From positions 4,836,001-4,900,000 of the forward strand of contig JAWMAR010000145.1 of assembly GCA_036785375.1 (NCBI GenBank): a stretch of DNA of 64,000 nt. Reading direction: 5' to 3'. The notes below the pieces were generated by a model. The model was not told where the DNA came from, did not search any database, and saw only the letters and a list, made by a program, of their open reading frames with translations. Position numbers and translations under genes: made by a program. The stretch is from Leucoraja ocellata. Taxonomy: Eukaryota. Numbering within the stretch: the first letter of the stretch is position 1; each line of letters starts with the position of its first letter. This document shows positions 11,912-24,028 of the stretch, piece after piece.

Positions 11912-13242
11912 GGGGAAAAAAAAAATTTGTTCGGCACAGACTTGTAGGGCCGAGATGGCCCGTTTCCGTGCTGTAATTGTTATATGGTTATATGTTATAT
12001 GGTTATAAGGAGAGAGATATATTTGAAGTTCTCGTTTAAATGTTTGAAGCGTTGCTACAGGATTTGATGCCATGTACTTGACACGTAGCCGCCCGCAATG
12101 ACGCTCTGGTGATTAGTTGTGAGGTTGCCTGGATGAGAGGAATAGGGGTGAAAATTGTCACCAAAAGACTGACGTCTCTTATTGCTCATTTTGTTTTCCC
12201 CTACCCATCCCATCCACTAACAAAAAAAACCTTTGAACCAACCTCCAGCATAGCATTTGGCATAAAGCGGAATTTGTTTAGTAAACTATTAGCTACCTCA
12301 TTTGTTGTCTACCTTCAATGATTGAACACGTAGGTTAGTCCCCTTTCACTGAAGTCATATTTCTACTACATTGGTGCATTGTTTATTTTTATCTTTTAGT
12401 AACACTCTAAAGCAGCTCTACGGTCACCAGGTCAAAAACATTGTGTGTTTCAGGTCAACTATAAAGTGAAAATTAAAGATGGTGCTTATGAAGTTTATTG
12501 GACTGTTTCAATATTCCTTGCTTAAATCTCTCTAACAATGGCTCAAACTCCAATCATGGAGTTCCATTTCAATTTGTAATCAACAACTCAAAAAGCTCAG
12601 TTGAATAGAAGATAATCTTCCTACTGCCTTTATTCTTGCTCATAACTGCTTAATTAGATTTCTTGTGGAATCCATGGGTTAATAAACAATAGTGGAATGT
12701 ATTGGGATAAATGGTATCTCTGATGAAATAAAGTGCAGGTAGTAAGAATGGTCATGTTGTGCTTGAAGAGTTTGAGATACTGTTTGAAGTACTATACATT
12801 GACACTGTTTGTTTATTAGCAAAGTTGCTGCTGTGCTTTTAAAGTGATGGATGGGCTGCAGTTCCAGCCTCAGTGGTTGTCATCAGTCATGCATGAAGTG
12901 ACATTTCCTTATGTGTTCAGTTCCTAACATAAGCAAATAGCAGCTAAGTGTTTAACGCTGGAGCTGGGCTCTGTGCCATTTTGATCAAGCTGCCCTATTT
13001 TGGATTTTGCTCTGTGTGTGTGTTCATTGCTATTTATTAAATTTAAGCAAATATCGTTCCAGATTCTTATTCTATTTCAATTCACTTCTCGCTCGTTTGG
13101 TCCTGCACGCTTGCCTAGTCAAATTAGCATAATTTTATACAGTATCAATGTGACTTGGCCACTTTAATTGCTTTTGTTTATACAAATAAAATTATTGTGT
13201 TAAAACTATATCGATATTATCAACCAACTTTAGAGCTACCTT

Positions 13243-13341
13243 AGTCTGAAGAAGGGTTTCAACCCGAAACGTTGCCTATTTCCTTCGCTCCATAGATGCT
13301 GCCTCACCCGCTGACTTTCTCCAGCATTTTTGTCTACCTTT
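13243..13341 (+). mobile_element. Penelope-derived insert with an intact hammerhead core
   Basis: agt-CTGAAGA-a-GGGTT-tc-AACCC-GAAAC-GTT-gcc; flanked by GAGCTACCTT (13233) and GAGTTACCTT (13342). Confidence 0.85.
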
Positions 13342-13589
13342 GAGTTACCTTGTAATCATCTACATTTTTTCAATAAACTTTTTAATGATATTATTAGGAG
13401 TGTTCAACCTCGTTTCGGGATGGCACCCTGACACAATGGCTTGAAGCAACACTGACAGTGATATTCACGTTGCTGGTCTATGCTAAAATGAAATTCATCT
13501 CTTACATTTAATTTTAAAGATATACATGCAGAAGCCTCCTGGCGCAGATCCCTGTTTAAATATTGCTTTATTATCATCATATGTACCAA

Positions 13590-14160
13590 GAAACAATGAA
13601 GGATTTTGTTTGCATACTATCCAGTCCAATTGTATTGTGCATGAGTACTATTACACTATGCAGAAGTACAACAGGTAGTGCAAAGAGAAAAATACCAGAG
13701 TGCAGCATTATAGCATTACAATTACGGAGAAAATATAGATTAAAAAATGCAATGGGTGCAGTGAGGTAGGTTGAGAGATCGGGAGTATACCCTTATGAGC
13801 AGTAGTCATAAGCTTGTAGTAACTCATTGAAAATGGCGGGTAAGAATCTGCTCCTGAACCTTCCAAGTTTTTGGATTTTTGCCCAATTTGAGAGGATAGA
13901 AGAGATAATGACTGGGGTGTAAATGGCCATTGATTAGATTAGCTGCTTTCCTAAGACACTGAAGTGTAGATGGAATCAATGCGGGGTGGGGAAAGCTGTT
14001 TGGCGTGATAGATTACATCCATAATTCTCTGCAATTTCTTGCAGACTTGGGCAAACCAAGCTGCGATGATTCCCAGCAGGTAACTTTCTATGCTGCCTGT
14101 ATAGAGATTGCTAAATGTCATTGGAGATGCACTAAACTTCCTTAGTCTTCTGAGGAAATT
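13590..14160 (-). mobile_element. Old Rex1/Babar-like LINE 3' fragment
   Basis: ctgctcctgaacc..., gcttggttt, ttctgaggaa segments homologous to 34584-35200. Confidence 0.55.
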
Positions 14161-14203
14161 GAGGGGTTGGGGTGAGCTTTATTCAATCACAATTGAAGGA
14201 ATT

Positions 14204-14301
14204 GAAGGTCTGAAGAAGGGCCTCAACCCAAAACGTCACTTTCTTCTCTCCAGAGGTGCTGCCTGTCCTGCTGAGTTACTGCAGCATTTTGTGATCTAGC
14301 T
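14204..14301 (+). mobile_element. Penelope-derived insert with hammerhead motif
   Basis: ggtctgaagaagggcctcaacccaaaacgtcac; perfect 11-bp TSD TTGAAGGAATT at 14193 and 14302. Confidence 0.85.
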
Positions 14302-14613
14302 TTGAAGGAATTCATACCCATGTTCCTACTTTGGTGGCGCACTGGTGTGCTACAGCCTTACAGTGCCAGAGTTGCAAACACTGCCCAGTCCATCACCGGC
14401 TCTGACCTCCCCACAATCAAAGGGATCTATCGTAGTCGCTGCCTCAAAAAGGTAGCCAACATCGTCAAAGACCCACACCATCCTGGCCACACACTCATCT
14501 CACCACTGCCATCAGGAGCCTGAGAACTGTAACGTCTAGGTTCAGGACAGCTTCTTTCCTACAGCCATCAGGCTATTAAACATTACAACCTCATAAGCTA
14601 TGAACTACTATAG

Positions 14614-14661
<48 letters not shown>
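14614..14661 (+). repeat. (ATT)16 microsatellite
   Basis: Seen directly. Confidence 0.95.
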
Positions 14662-14722
14662 GCAGTTATTGTTTGGGTTTTTTCTGAGTTTTTGTTATAT
14701 TGTTTATATGATTACATATTCT

Positions 14723-14868
14723 CTTCTTCTTCTTCTTTTTCGTGTGTATGGCGTGCACAGCCTAAATTCTATTTCTATGTTCTATTTGATCTTATTTGAT
14801 TGTGCACGCCAGGTTGATTGCATTTGTTGAAACACGGGGGACCACGTGAAGGTTGCAATCTCCCATCC
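14723..14868 (-). mobile_element. 146-bp non-autonomous (GAA)n-tailed retroelement (Vingi/Ingi-like)
   Basis: Perfect 10-bp TSD TACATATTCT (14713-14722 and 14869-14878); (GAA)n tail; same tail recurs at 45127-45171. Confidence 0.8.
14817..14868 (-). ncRNA. Putative HDV-like self-cleaving ribozyme (P1 degraded in this copy)
   Basis: GGAUGGG-AG-AUUGCA-ACC-UUCACGU-GGU-CCCCCGU-G-UUUCAA-CAAA-UGCAAU follows the P1-P2-P3-L3-P3'-P1'-P4-J4/2-P2' order. Confidence 0.7.
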
Positions 14869-16164
14869 TACATATTCTGTTCTGCTGCAGCAAGTAAGAA
14901 TTTCATTGTTCTATCTGGGACATATGACAATAAAACACTCTTGACTTGACTCTTGACCCGGGTTCAACCCGACTACCGGTGCTTGTCTGTGTGCAGTTTG
15001 TACGTTCTCCCTGTGACCCGCGTGGGTTTACTCCAGGATCTCCGGTTTCCTCCCACACTCCAAAGACGTACATGTTTGTAGGTTAAATGGCTTGGTATAA
15101 ATGTAAACAGAAATTGTCCCTAATATCTATAGGATCGTGTTAATGTGTGGCGATCGCGGGTCGGTGCGGACTCAGTTAGCCGTTGGGCCTGTTTCCATGC
15201 TGTATCTCTAAACTAAACTATACTGAAACAATAAAGATTGAAGCTATGCTCAGAACCAACCAAGCAGTTACTAAAATTGTACACCACATGTTGATTGTGG
15301 CACTTTGGGCCCAATGTTTAGTTACTTACTTTGTTCTTAACATTAAACACTTAACTGAAGCCGCCCGCGTCAAGGCTAGGCCACCTAAGCACACCAGGTT
15401 CCATCCCCAAAGTACGTAAGTAAAACTGAGGGGATTTAATATCAACCTAATAGTCTTATCCCCACCAATATGAATGATAGACTTGTATTCCAAAATGTTT
15501 AATTTTTGAATTTTAAAGATCTGGCTATTTGTGGGATTTGAACTCATGATTGCTGATTGCTCCTTTAGACTCCGTAAAGTAACATAATAGCAATGTATCA
15601 CAGCGAACCAATGTATCCCCATCATTGACATAAACTGGGGGAAAATGTAAGATGCCAGGTCATGTTATGCCACTCTTCATATTTGGCCTGAAAACAGCAG
15701 AAAGCAAATTCAGAGCGAGACCTCAGTTTTGGTGCACTGGCACGCTATAAATGAATAGCATGATACATGAAAGAAAAATTGAAAATAAAGAAATCAAAAT
15801 AAATATTTCCATTAATATTTTATTTTATAGTATTTGATAGACCTGTTTTAAAAAAATAATCGGGAATGGTTTAGAAATTGTATCATTTAAATATTGGTAC
15901 TTAATCGACTTTCTTAAATAAAAGGCCCAACAATCACAGAATTGCAGTTGAAAAAGAAATGCTTTGCTTCGTGGTATTGGTTTATTATAGTCACAAGATG
16001 AGAAAACTTAGTTTTGTGTGCTATCCAGGCAAATCATACAATTATGTCAATATAATAGTCATCATTATAATAGTAAATGTTTCCTATTTATTGTGTGCCA
16101 TCCTGTTTCACTTCCATAAATGCAGCACCTCACATTTCTCGACATGCATTTCCATTCCTGTTTT

Positions 16165-16661
16165 GTTCAAGTTCAAGTTCAAGTGAGTTTATTGTCATGT
16201 GTCCCTGTATAGGACAATGAAATTCTTGCTTTGCTTAAGCACACAGAAAATAGTAGGCATTTACTACAAAACAGATAAATGTGTCCATATACCATGATAT
16301 AAATATATACACACATGAATAAATAAACTGGTAAAGTGCAAATAACAGAAAGTGGTTATTAATAATCAGAGTTATGTCTGAGCCAGGTTTAATAGCCTGA
16401 TGGCTGTGGGGAAGTAGCTATTCCTGAAGCTGGTTGTTGCAGTCTTCAGGCTCCTGTACCTTCTACCTGAAGGTAGCAGGGAGATGAGTGTGTGGCCAGG
16501 ATGGTGTGGGTCTTTGATGATACTGCCAGCCTTTTTGAGGCAGCGACTGCGATAAATCCCCTCGATGGAAGGACGGTCAGAGCCGATGATGGACTGGGCA
16601 GCGTTTACTACTTTTTGTAATCTTTTCCTCTCCAGGGCGTTCAAATTGCCGAACCAAGCCA
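16165..16661 (-). mobile_element. Rex1/Babar LINE 3' end
   Basis: ORF 16372-16644 nearly identical to the C-terminus of 34782-35828; (TTGAAC)n tail. Confidence 0.9.
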
Positions 16662-18309
16662 GTTTATCGCTTTCCTCCTCTCAATGAGCCATGGTGTTAA
16701 TTATTTTAGAGCAACATGCTCTCCCCCCATACGCCCATTTCATTTAATAGCTCAATAAATGTTCAGTAGGTAAACAAAACCATTAAAAGTAGACACTATT
16801 TGTAAGTTTAAAGTTCAAAGGGCCATTCTGGTAAAAGTTTAGAGGTGCTCAATCATATGCTATACTGTTTCCTTGCTGTCGGCCCATCTTGTCCGTGCGA
16901 ACCAAAGTGGCATTCTGCACAGGAGGTTATTCAAGGGAACCCTTTAGTCTAACCTGGGCTGTTGCATTGTGCAATTTGAATGAAATTAGGAGCAGGTGTA
17001 TATATTAAACAGAACTGAAAACAGTATGTTCTCTCAATGAAACTGAAGCCACAAGAAGAAATCAGGGGTCTATTTTTGTGTCATTAGTCCTTTTGCAGCT
17101 TCTTGCAAATGATTTAGGTTCAAGTTAAGAAAGTCATCAGGTGCCATGTAGTGTTGTTACAATTAGTGTATATATATGTCTTTAAATAATGTTTATACAA
17201 GGCAGAGTTTAAAACATGTCCACATTTCTCTCATCCGCAAAAGAAAACTAGTAATAGTATTCCAGAAATGTTTCGTCCATGGAAAGCTGTTCACTCTTGT
17301 CATCATTTGTGCTTCCAACAATTCTCTTTAGCTCACTGGCCGGGCATATCGCTTACAGGAGGCATGATTTATACATATGCCATTACCGCATTCAGTTGTG
17401 ATACAAAGAGCAGACACAAAATGTACAGCAACAGATAGACATACCTCTTGCCAATCACCTTAATGGGTTCAGACTGGGTTAGGACCCAACTTTGACAGCA
17501 CACTTTCCAAGGTCATGTTTCACTCCAATAAATGCCACTGACTGTGGACAAAGCTGAAGGAGAAACAGTTTCTCTTTGATTCAGAGCTAATAACAGTTAA
17601 CCCATCTCATGCTGTAACATGATATTACCTAAGACAGAAGCATATTGAACTAATTTTATCATACAGAATGCCAATGAGATTTGTTGTAGTATGTCGAGTA
17701 AACAAGCTCCTTGAAAACCTGAACTATTAATCAACTAATTTACAAATTCCTTTGTTGTAATATGGCTCAATTTGAGTTGTTGATCCCAGATATGCAAATC
17801 TGACAAATCTTTATCCATTTTCCATTGACCTCATGTGTGCTCCATTCATTGTCCAACAGAAAAATCAGGCTTGAGATCAGGGAGATCATTCTCAGGAGCA
17901 CTTTAGTTTTGTTTAGTTAAACGCCATGTACCCAGGTACGGTGAAAAGGTTGTAATTCGTAAGAAATGGCCTAATTCAGCTTCTATCACTTATGAACTTA
18001 TGAACTAATTTGTTGCTTGCTATACAGTCTGTGAAAAGACTACACATGATTAGCATAATGGAGGGTGCAATGCATTTCCAATTCCTTTACGGAAAGGATT
18101 ATTTATGTAAAATGCTGAGCAAGCAAGTGGTTCGATGTTGGGCAGGATAGCAATGTGACCTCTGTGATGTAGCACGGCATGTCACAGAAAATCAACTGTG
18201 ACAGGCAGGGCTAGTGTGCCACATGGCTGAGGATGGGGAGTCCTTGAAGGTGACTATGTATGTTGCCGCTGATGAAAGGACATCAGACACTCAGTACCTT
18301 CCCTTTGGC

Positions 18310-18438
18310 TCAATCTAGTGTAATTGAGTTGAACGTGATTGCATTAATGTGTGGTGTATCTGATCTGTTTGGATAGCGTACAAAACAAACCTTTTCGCTG
18401 TACCTCGGTGCATGTGAAAATAATAAACATAAATCCAA
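18310..18438 (+). mobile_element. LINE 3' tail (Rex1-like)
   Basis: ctgtacctcggtgcatgtgaaaataataaac; related tails at about 5010-5135, 17905-18050, 28967-29070, 30115-30250, 36686-36842. Confidence 0.6.
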
Positions 18439-18439
18439 A

Positions 18440-18734
18440 TAACCATATAACCATATAACAATTACAGCACGGAAACAGGCCATCTCGGCCCTACAAGTCC
18501 ATGCCGAACAAATTTTTTTCCCCGTAGTCCCACCTGCCTGCACTCGTACCATAACCCTCCATTCCCTTCTCATCCATATGCCCATCCAATTTATTTTTAA
18601 ATGATACCAATGAACCTGCCTCCACCACTTCCACTGGGAGCTCATTCCACACCGCCACCACTCTCTGCGTAAAGAAGTTCCCGCTCATATTACCCCTAAA
18701 CGTCTGTCCCTTAATTCTGAAGTCATGTCCTCTT
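18440..18734 (-). mobile_element. Young 5'-truncated copy of the same CR1 family as 7561-12007
   Basis: Near-identical to 11701-12007, including the (TATATGGT)n tail. Confidence 0.92.
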
Positions 18735-19552
18735 AAAGTCAAAACTCTGTATGTAACTCCTAGTTAATGTAAAGTCAAAACTCTGATAAGTCAATGTGGA
18801 AGAAGTGAATATACAATTCTTCTGGATGGTAGGAAAGGGAAAGGACTGAATTGCTTGATATGATTGCAGAGAAGTTAGAAGCACAAGATGGATATACAAC
18901 TGGAGTGTTCTGGTATGGAGAGAGTTGAGGCACTGAGCTGGGAGTGTGCAAAGCCCGGATGTGGTAAAGTACACAAGATCAAAGATTAATGGAAAAGGGA
19001 ATGAATATGGTGAATAAATATGTTGTTGTTCAATGATTTGGTCTGTGATGCAAAATGATTGGCATAAACCAGTATTTGGGTGTCTCTGTAAATAAGGGTA
19101 CCAACCTGTGACATGGGTGGCCATATTTCAAAGGTATTAAATCATAATGAAATACCACAGGATAAATAATGGGCCTACCTATGATCCCTTTGAGCTAATT
19201 TGTAATCAAAATCGAGCAAAATTTGAACAAAATTTAATCCTTTCAAAATCTGAAACAATTTTTAATAAACCATATAAGAAATATTGGACACTTATTGATT
19301 TCGAAGCTACCTTACAAAATGTAGGCACGTAACCCACGAGGCCCGTAGTTCATGCCAGGGTTGTTACAAACGCATCGCAACGAGTGCAAAATAAACCTGT
19401 AATAGTGCTATAAATAGCATTCATGATGTTACTCAACATGGGATAACAACAACGTTACTCAACGGGGTGGGGGCTGGGGTCAACAGAATGATACATCACT
19501 AAAATAGGTGAGCAAACTAGATTTGGGGCATCAGAAAACCTTATCAGGTGAT

Positions 19553-19915
19553 AGACAATAGGTGCAGGAGTAGGCCATTCGGCCCTACGAGCCTGCACCG
19601 TCATTCAATGTGATCATGTCTGATCATCCAAAATCAATACCCCGTTCCTGCCTTCTCCCCATATCCCCTGACTCCACTATCTTCAAGAGCTCCAACTCTG
19701 TCTTGAAAGCATTCAGAGAATTGGCCTCCACTGCCTTCTGAGGCAGAGAATTCCACAAATTCACAACCCACTGTGTGAAAATGTTTTTCCTCAACTCCAT
19801 TCTAAATGGACTACCCCTTATTCTTAAACTGTACAGCCCTAGTTGTGGACTCCCCCAACATTGGGAACATGTTTCCTGCCTCTAGCATGTCCAAACCCTT
19901 AATAAACGTATATGT
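19553..19915 (-). mobile_element. CR1 3' fragment
   Basis: ggtgcaggagtaggccattcggccc...ttctccccatatcccc...aacatgtttcctgcctct. Confidence 0.85.
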
Positions 19916-21159
19916 TATAAATGATAAAAATCATAAGCATAATCAGAATTTGGCTTGTATAGAGTTATTTAATTGAAAAAATAATGTAATCTTTTTGGTA
20001 TAAATTAGCTTAAGGAGTTGATGAAATCCTGCTTGAAAAATGTCAAAAAAAAGGAAAGAAAACACAGGGACATATCTGATATTTTTCTTTGTAAAAACAG
20101 ACTTATTTATTTTTGCTTCATCTCATTATTTTGCCTATACACCATGATCTATGCTACTTAAAATACAGGATATGAAACATGGGAATATTACATAAAAATC
20201 AGGAAAATAAGCTGGAAGTTTCACTACTGAGTGCTGTATTTACGGAAACACCCATTTGCAAGTTCACAAGTTATAGTAGAATTAGGCCTTTTGGCCAATC
20301 GAGTCTACTCTGCCATTCAATCATGGCTGATCTCTGCCTCCTAATCCTATTTTCCTGCCTGCTCCTCATAACCTTAAAATTAAGAGGAAGAAGATTGGAC
20401 TTTTTTGCCTTCCATCAGTGAGTAATGTGGGGAACCCGCTGTGGTGAATGTATGTTAGCTTTTATGTAGTTGTGTGGCTTGTCGCTTTAATTCAGCCTAG
20501 CTGTATGGTAATTTGAGTTTCACTGTACCTTAATTCATGCATGTGACAATAAACTGACCTTTGAACCCCTGACACCCATTTACCCGATTATTTAGACCTA
20601 ATCAGTGTCAAACAGTTGACAAAAAACAATGATAAAGGGTAACCATGATTAAACAGTTAATGATTGCCAGCCACATGACTTACAATGAAATAGGCTTAAG
20701 ATTTAAATGTTTTTGCTCAGGGAAGAAGAAGAAAACTAATGCTTCTGGCAAAACCGAATGGACGTGCAGTTTGGTGCCAGGGGGAACATCCTTGCAAAAT
20801 CTAGTGCCAGAGGCATTCCAGAAAACATTTATAGAATAACTGATATTCCATGTCATTTATTTTGTGCAATTTTACAGCTTATAAAAGCTCCGATTACGAC
20901 GCCTCCTTTTTGTGATGATGGTGTAGTTGTCACGCTACCATCAAAACTCAATTTGACAAGAAAAGCGCAATCTTGCACTTAAATTATTGTTTTAATACCG
21001 AAGGGCCGCAAGGCCATAATATGAGAGTGAGGAGTGCAGGAAAGAGAAGATGACCGGAGAAAGATTGAAGTGGGAGGGTTTTAAGAAAGATTTGTTAAAT
21101 TGAAAAGATTGCAAAGGAGAGAGGTTGGGAAAAATAATCCTCAGTCAATTAGACTCTGC

Positions 21160-21685
21160 AATAGAAAATAGGTGCAGGATTAGGCCATTTGGACCTTCGA
21201 GCCAGCACTCCCATTCACTGTGATCATGGCTGGTCATCCACAATCAGTACCCTGTTCCTGCCTTCTCCCCATATCCCTTGACTCCGCTATCTTTAAGAGT
21301 TCTATCTAACTTGAAAGCATCCAGAGAATCGTCCTCCACTGCCTTCTGAGGCGGAGAATTCCACAGATTCACAACCCTCTGTGTGAAAAGGTTTTTCCTC
21401 ATCTCTGTTCTAAATGGCTTATTCCTTATTTTTAAACTGTGGCCCCTGGTTCTGGACTCCCCCAACATTGGGAACATGTTTCCTGCCTCAAGCATGTTCA
21501 AACCCTCAATAATCTTATATGTTTCAATAAGATCCCCTCTCATCCATCTAAATTCCAGAGTATACAAGCTCAGCCGCTCTATTCTATCAACATATGACAG
21601 TCCCGCCATCCCGGGAATTAATCTTGTGAACCTACCCTGCACTCCCTCAATAGCAAGAATGTCCTTCCTCTAATTTGGAGACCAC
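21160..21685 (-). mobile_element. CR1 3' fragment
   Basis: ORF 21244-21642 RFTRLIPG...RGDLIETYK...RVVNLWN. Confidence 0.9.
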
Positions 21686-22156
21686 AGAAATGTAGAACAC
21701 GGAAATCTCAGCTATCTGCTCTTTGAGTGAATGACAGTGAATATATTGGAGTTGTTGTTGTGCACGAGAACGGACAAAGATGGTGTGAGTATCTTGCTCT
21801 GAGGATTGTAAAGATATCAGGGAAAGTTATGGGCTTTTCAGCAACTTTTTTCCCAGGCACGAAATACTGTTAAAATCAGATTGCCCAAACCTTTAAATGT
21901 GCTGCCACGTTTATAGGGAAAGGCCAAGGCCAGAATGTGTTCTACATCTGATACTGCAATTAGGCGTTTTCTATCCCCATGGGGAACTGCTTGTTTGTGA
22001 TCATCACTACAAGATTAGTTTGTGTTGAGGAAGTTGGATCCAGTTGCCTTCAAGAAATTCAGACCACAAGTGTTTTTATAGGTAGCTCTGGCAATGGTGT
22101 GATGCGCTTAACCAGTGAAATGCTCATTGTTCTTACTAATGACTTCTTGAAAACAA

Positions 22157-22483
22157 AAGATAGATACAAAATGCTGGAGTAACTCAGCGGGACAGGCAGC
22201 ATTGCTGGAGAGAAGGAATGGGCGACGTTTCTGGTTGAGACCCTACTTCAGACTGGTTAGGAATAAGGGAAACGAGAGATATAGAGGATGATGGAGAGAG
22301 ATAAAGACAATGAATGAAAGATATGCAAAAAAAGTCACAATGATAAAGGAAACAGGCCATTGTTAGCTGTTTGTTGGGTGAAAATGAGAAGCTGGTGCAA
22401 CTTGGGTTAGAGAGAGATGGAATTAGAGAAATCAACGCTCGTACGTACCACTGGGCTGTAAGCTGCCCAAGCAAAATATGAGA
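22157..22483 (-). mobile_element. Penelope-like 3' end (GIY-YIG tail, UTR, hammerhead repeat)
   Basis: Reverse complement of 25520-25860. Confidence 0.85.
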
Positions 22484-23356
22484 AGCCAGGATCCAACTTC
22501 AGAAGCACTTTGGTCTCGCAAAGGCATTCACGGCCATGCTCCACTGAAGCATAAAGATTGCAGCTATCCTTTGAGCCAAACAGCAAGACACTGAGTTTGT
22601 ACACCATCTGATGATTGGAGCACTTTGAGCCGAATGTTTAGATCTGGCGGAAGCACCTGCACCAGTTACTTGCTGCATTTCTTAACCTTCACCAATTACC
22701 TCCACTTACTTAGTGAAGTCTGTGTAGATTCAATTACACAGTCCTGCGCTTGTTTCTCTCCATGAGTATAAGAGAGCATCAGCACATGACTCCCTCCTCA
22801 TTAGATTAAATAAATCACAACAACATCATCAGGCTCAAGAGGTCTGTAAATGAATGTTGTTCTATGATTTTCACAAGCATAATTAGATCAGGGGACAGCA
22901 ACAAGGGTCATTGGTCCAGTTATTTCCTATTCAGAAAAGCATTTAATTAAAAGTTGTTGTAAAATTATATCTGTGCTTCTACCTACATTATAGTGATATT
23001 GTGTTTACAGGTAGATTAAAATAAAATCCTTATTTAATACACCAGGTAGTGTTAATGCTGTATCGAAATGCTTACTTTACCAGTGGAGAGTGTTTATCTT
23101 TGCACAATAAAGGATGCAATATCATGGCACTTTGAGAACAATAACATGATTGAGTAGAGTCCACATAGATGTATGATATGGAAATCATGTCTGTTCATTC
23201 TAGTGAAGTTATTTGTGGATGCATCTAGTAAAGTAGATCAGGAAGAAAAAGTGGAGGCTGCATTTTTGAATTTTCAGAAGGATGGTTCAGTGTTGTGTGG
23301 TTGTGGGGCAGTGATGGTGAATGATTCTAGGTTGAACTTGAATAACTTACTTTCAT

Positions 23357-23625
23357 AAGGTCATAGGAGCAGAATTAGGCCATTCGACCCCTCACATCTA
23401 CACCATTCAATCATGGCTGATCTATCTTTCCCTCCTAACCCCATTCTCCTGCCTTCTCCCCATAACCTCTGACACCCGTACTAAATCAAGAATCTATTTC
23501 GGTCTTTAAAATATCCACCGACTTGACCTCCATAGCCTTCTGTGGCAAAAAAAATCCACAGATTCACCACCCTCTGACTAAAATAAATTTCTAATCTCCT
23601 TCCTAAAAGAACGTCCTTTAATTCT
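23357..23625 (-). mobile_element. CR1 3' fragment
   Basis: ataggagcagaattaggccattcg...ccttctccccataacc. Confidence 0.8.
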
Positions 23626-23794
23626 ACTTTCCTGGCAGCTGTCCTGATAAATTGGTAGTGGGCAACGACCCCAGACGTCCACAGACACCAAGTTTTCTGA
23701 CAGTAAAGTAAAATAACGTGGGCTCTTAGACTGGCAAACTTGCATCAGGGGTTAAAAATTGACTCGGACCAGAATGTACCCAGGCAAATTTCTT

Positions 23795-24028
23795 GTGTAG
23801 GAAAGAACTGCAGATGCAGGTTTAAACCGAAGATAGACACAAAAGTAACTCAGCGAGCCAGGCAACATTTCTGGAGAGAAGGAATGGGTGACGTTTCAGG
23901 TTGAGTCCCTTCTTCAGACTGAAGGAAGAAAGATTGAAGAAGGATCCAAACCCGAAGGGTCACCCATTCCTTCTCTCCAGAGATGCTACCTGTCCCGCTG
24001 AGTTACTCCAGCTTTTTTTGTCGATCTG
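23795..24028. mobile_element. Palindromic Penelope-derived insert
   Basis: Reverse arm and forward arm meet at the hammerhead; TSD AGGCAAATTTCTT (23782) / AGGTGAATTTCTT (24029). Confidence 0.85.

Larger units (their letters stand above)
7561..12007 (+). mobile_element. Full-length, nearly intact CR1 non-LTR retrotransposon
   Basis: 5' UTR with tandem repeats, ORF1, ORF2, 3' hairpin gggccgagatggccc and 8-bp (TATATGGT)n tail; exact 5' boundary uncertain. Confidence 0.95.
14372..14955 (+). mobile_element. Rex1/Babar LINE 3' end
   Basis: NTAQSITGSDLP...CLKK...KDPHHPGH motif; tail caataaaacactcttgacttgactcttga. Confidence 0.85.
14334..15220 (+). mobile_element. V-SINE split by a Rex1 insertion (14334-14371 + about 14955-15220)
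   Basis: Head ...gccttacagtgccagag resumes as acccgggttcaacccg...; (AAACT)n tail. Confidence 0.85.

Noticed and set aside
14600-14830. Poly-Leu signal-peptide-like ORF
   Set aside because: Translation of the (ATT)16 microsatellite
18735-18785. AAAGTCAAAACTCTG direct repeat as the TSD of the CR1 copy
   Set aside because: Both copies lie on the same side of the insertion; a local duplication
19100-19510. Possible DNA-transposon remnant
   Set aside because: Composition is suggestive, but no TIR pair or TSD could be identified
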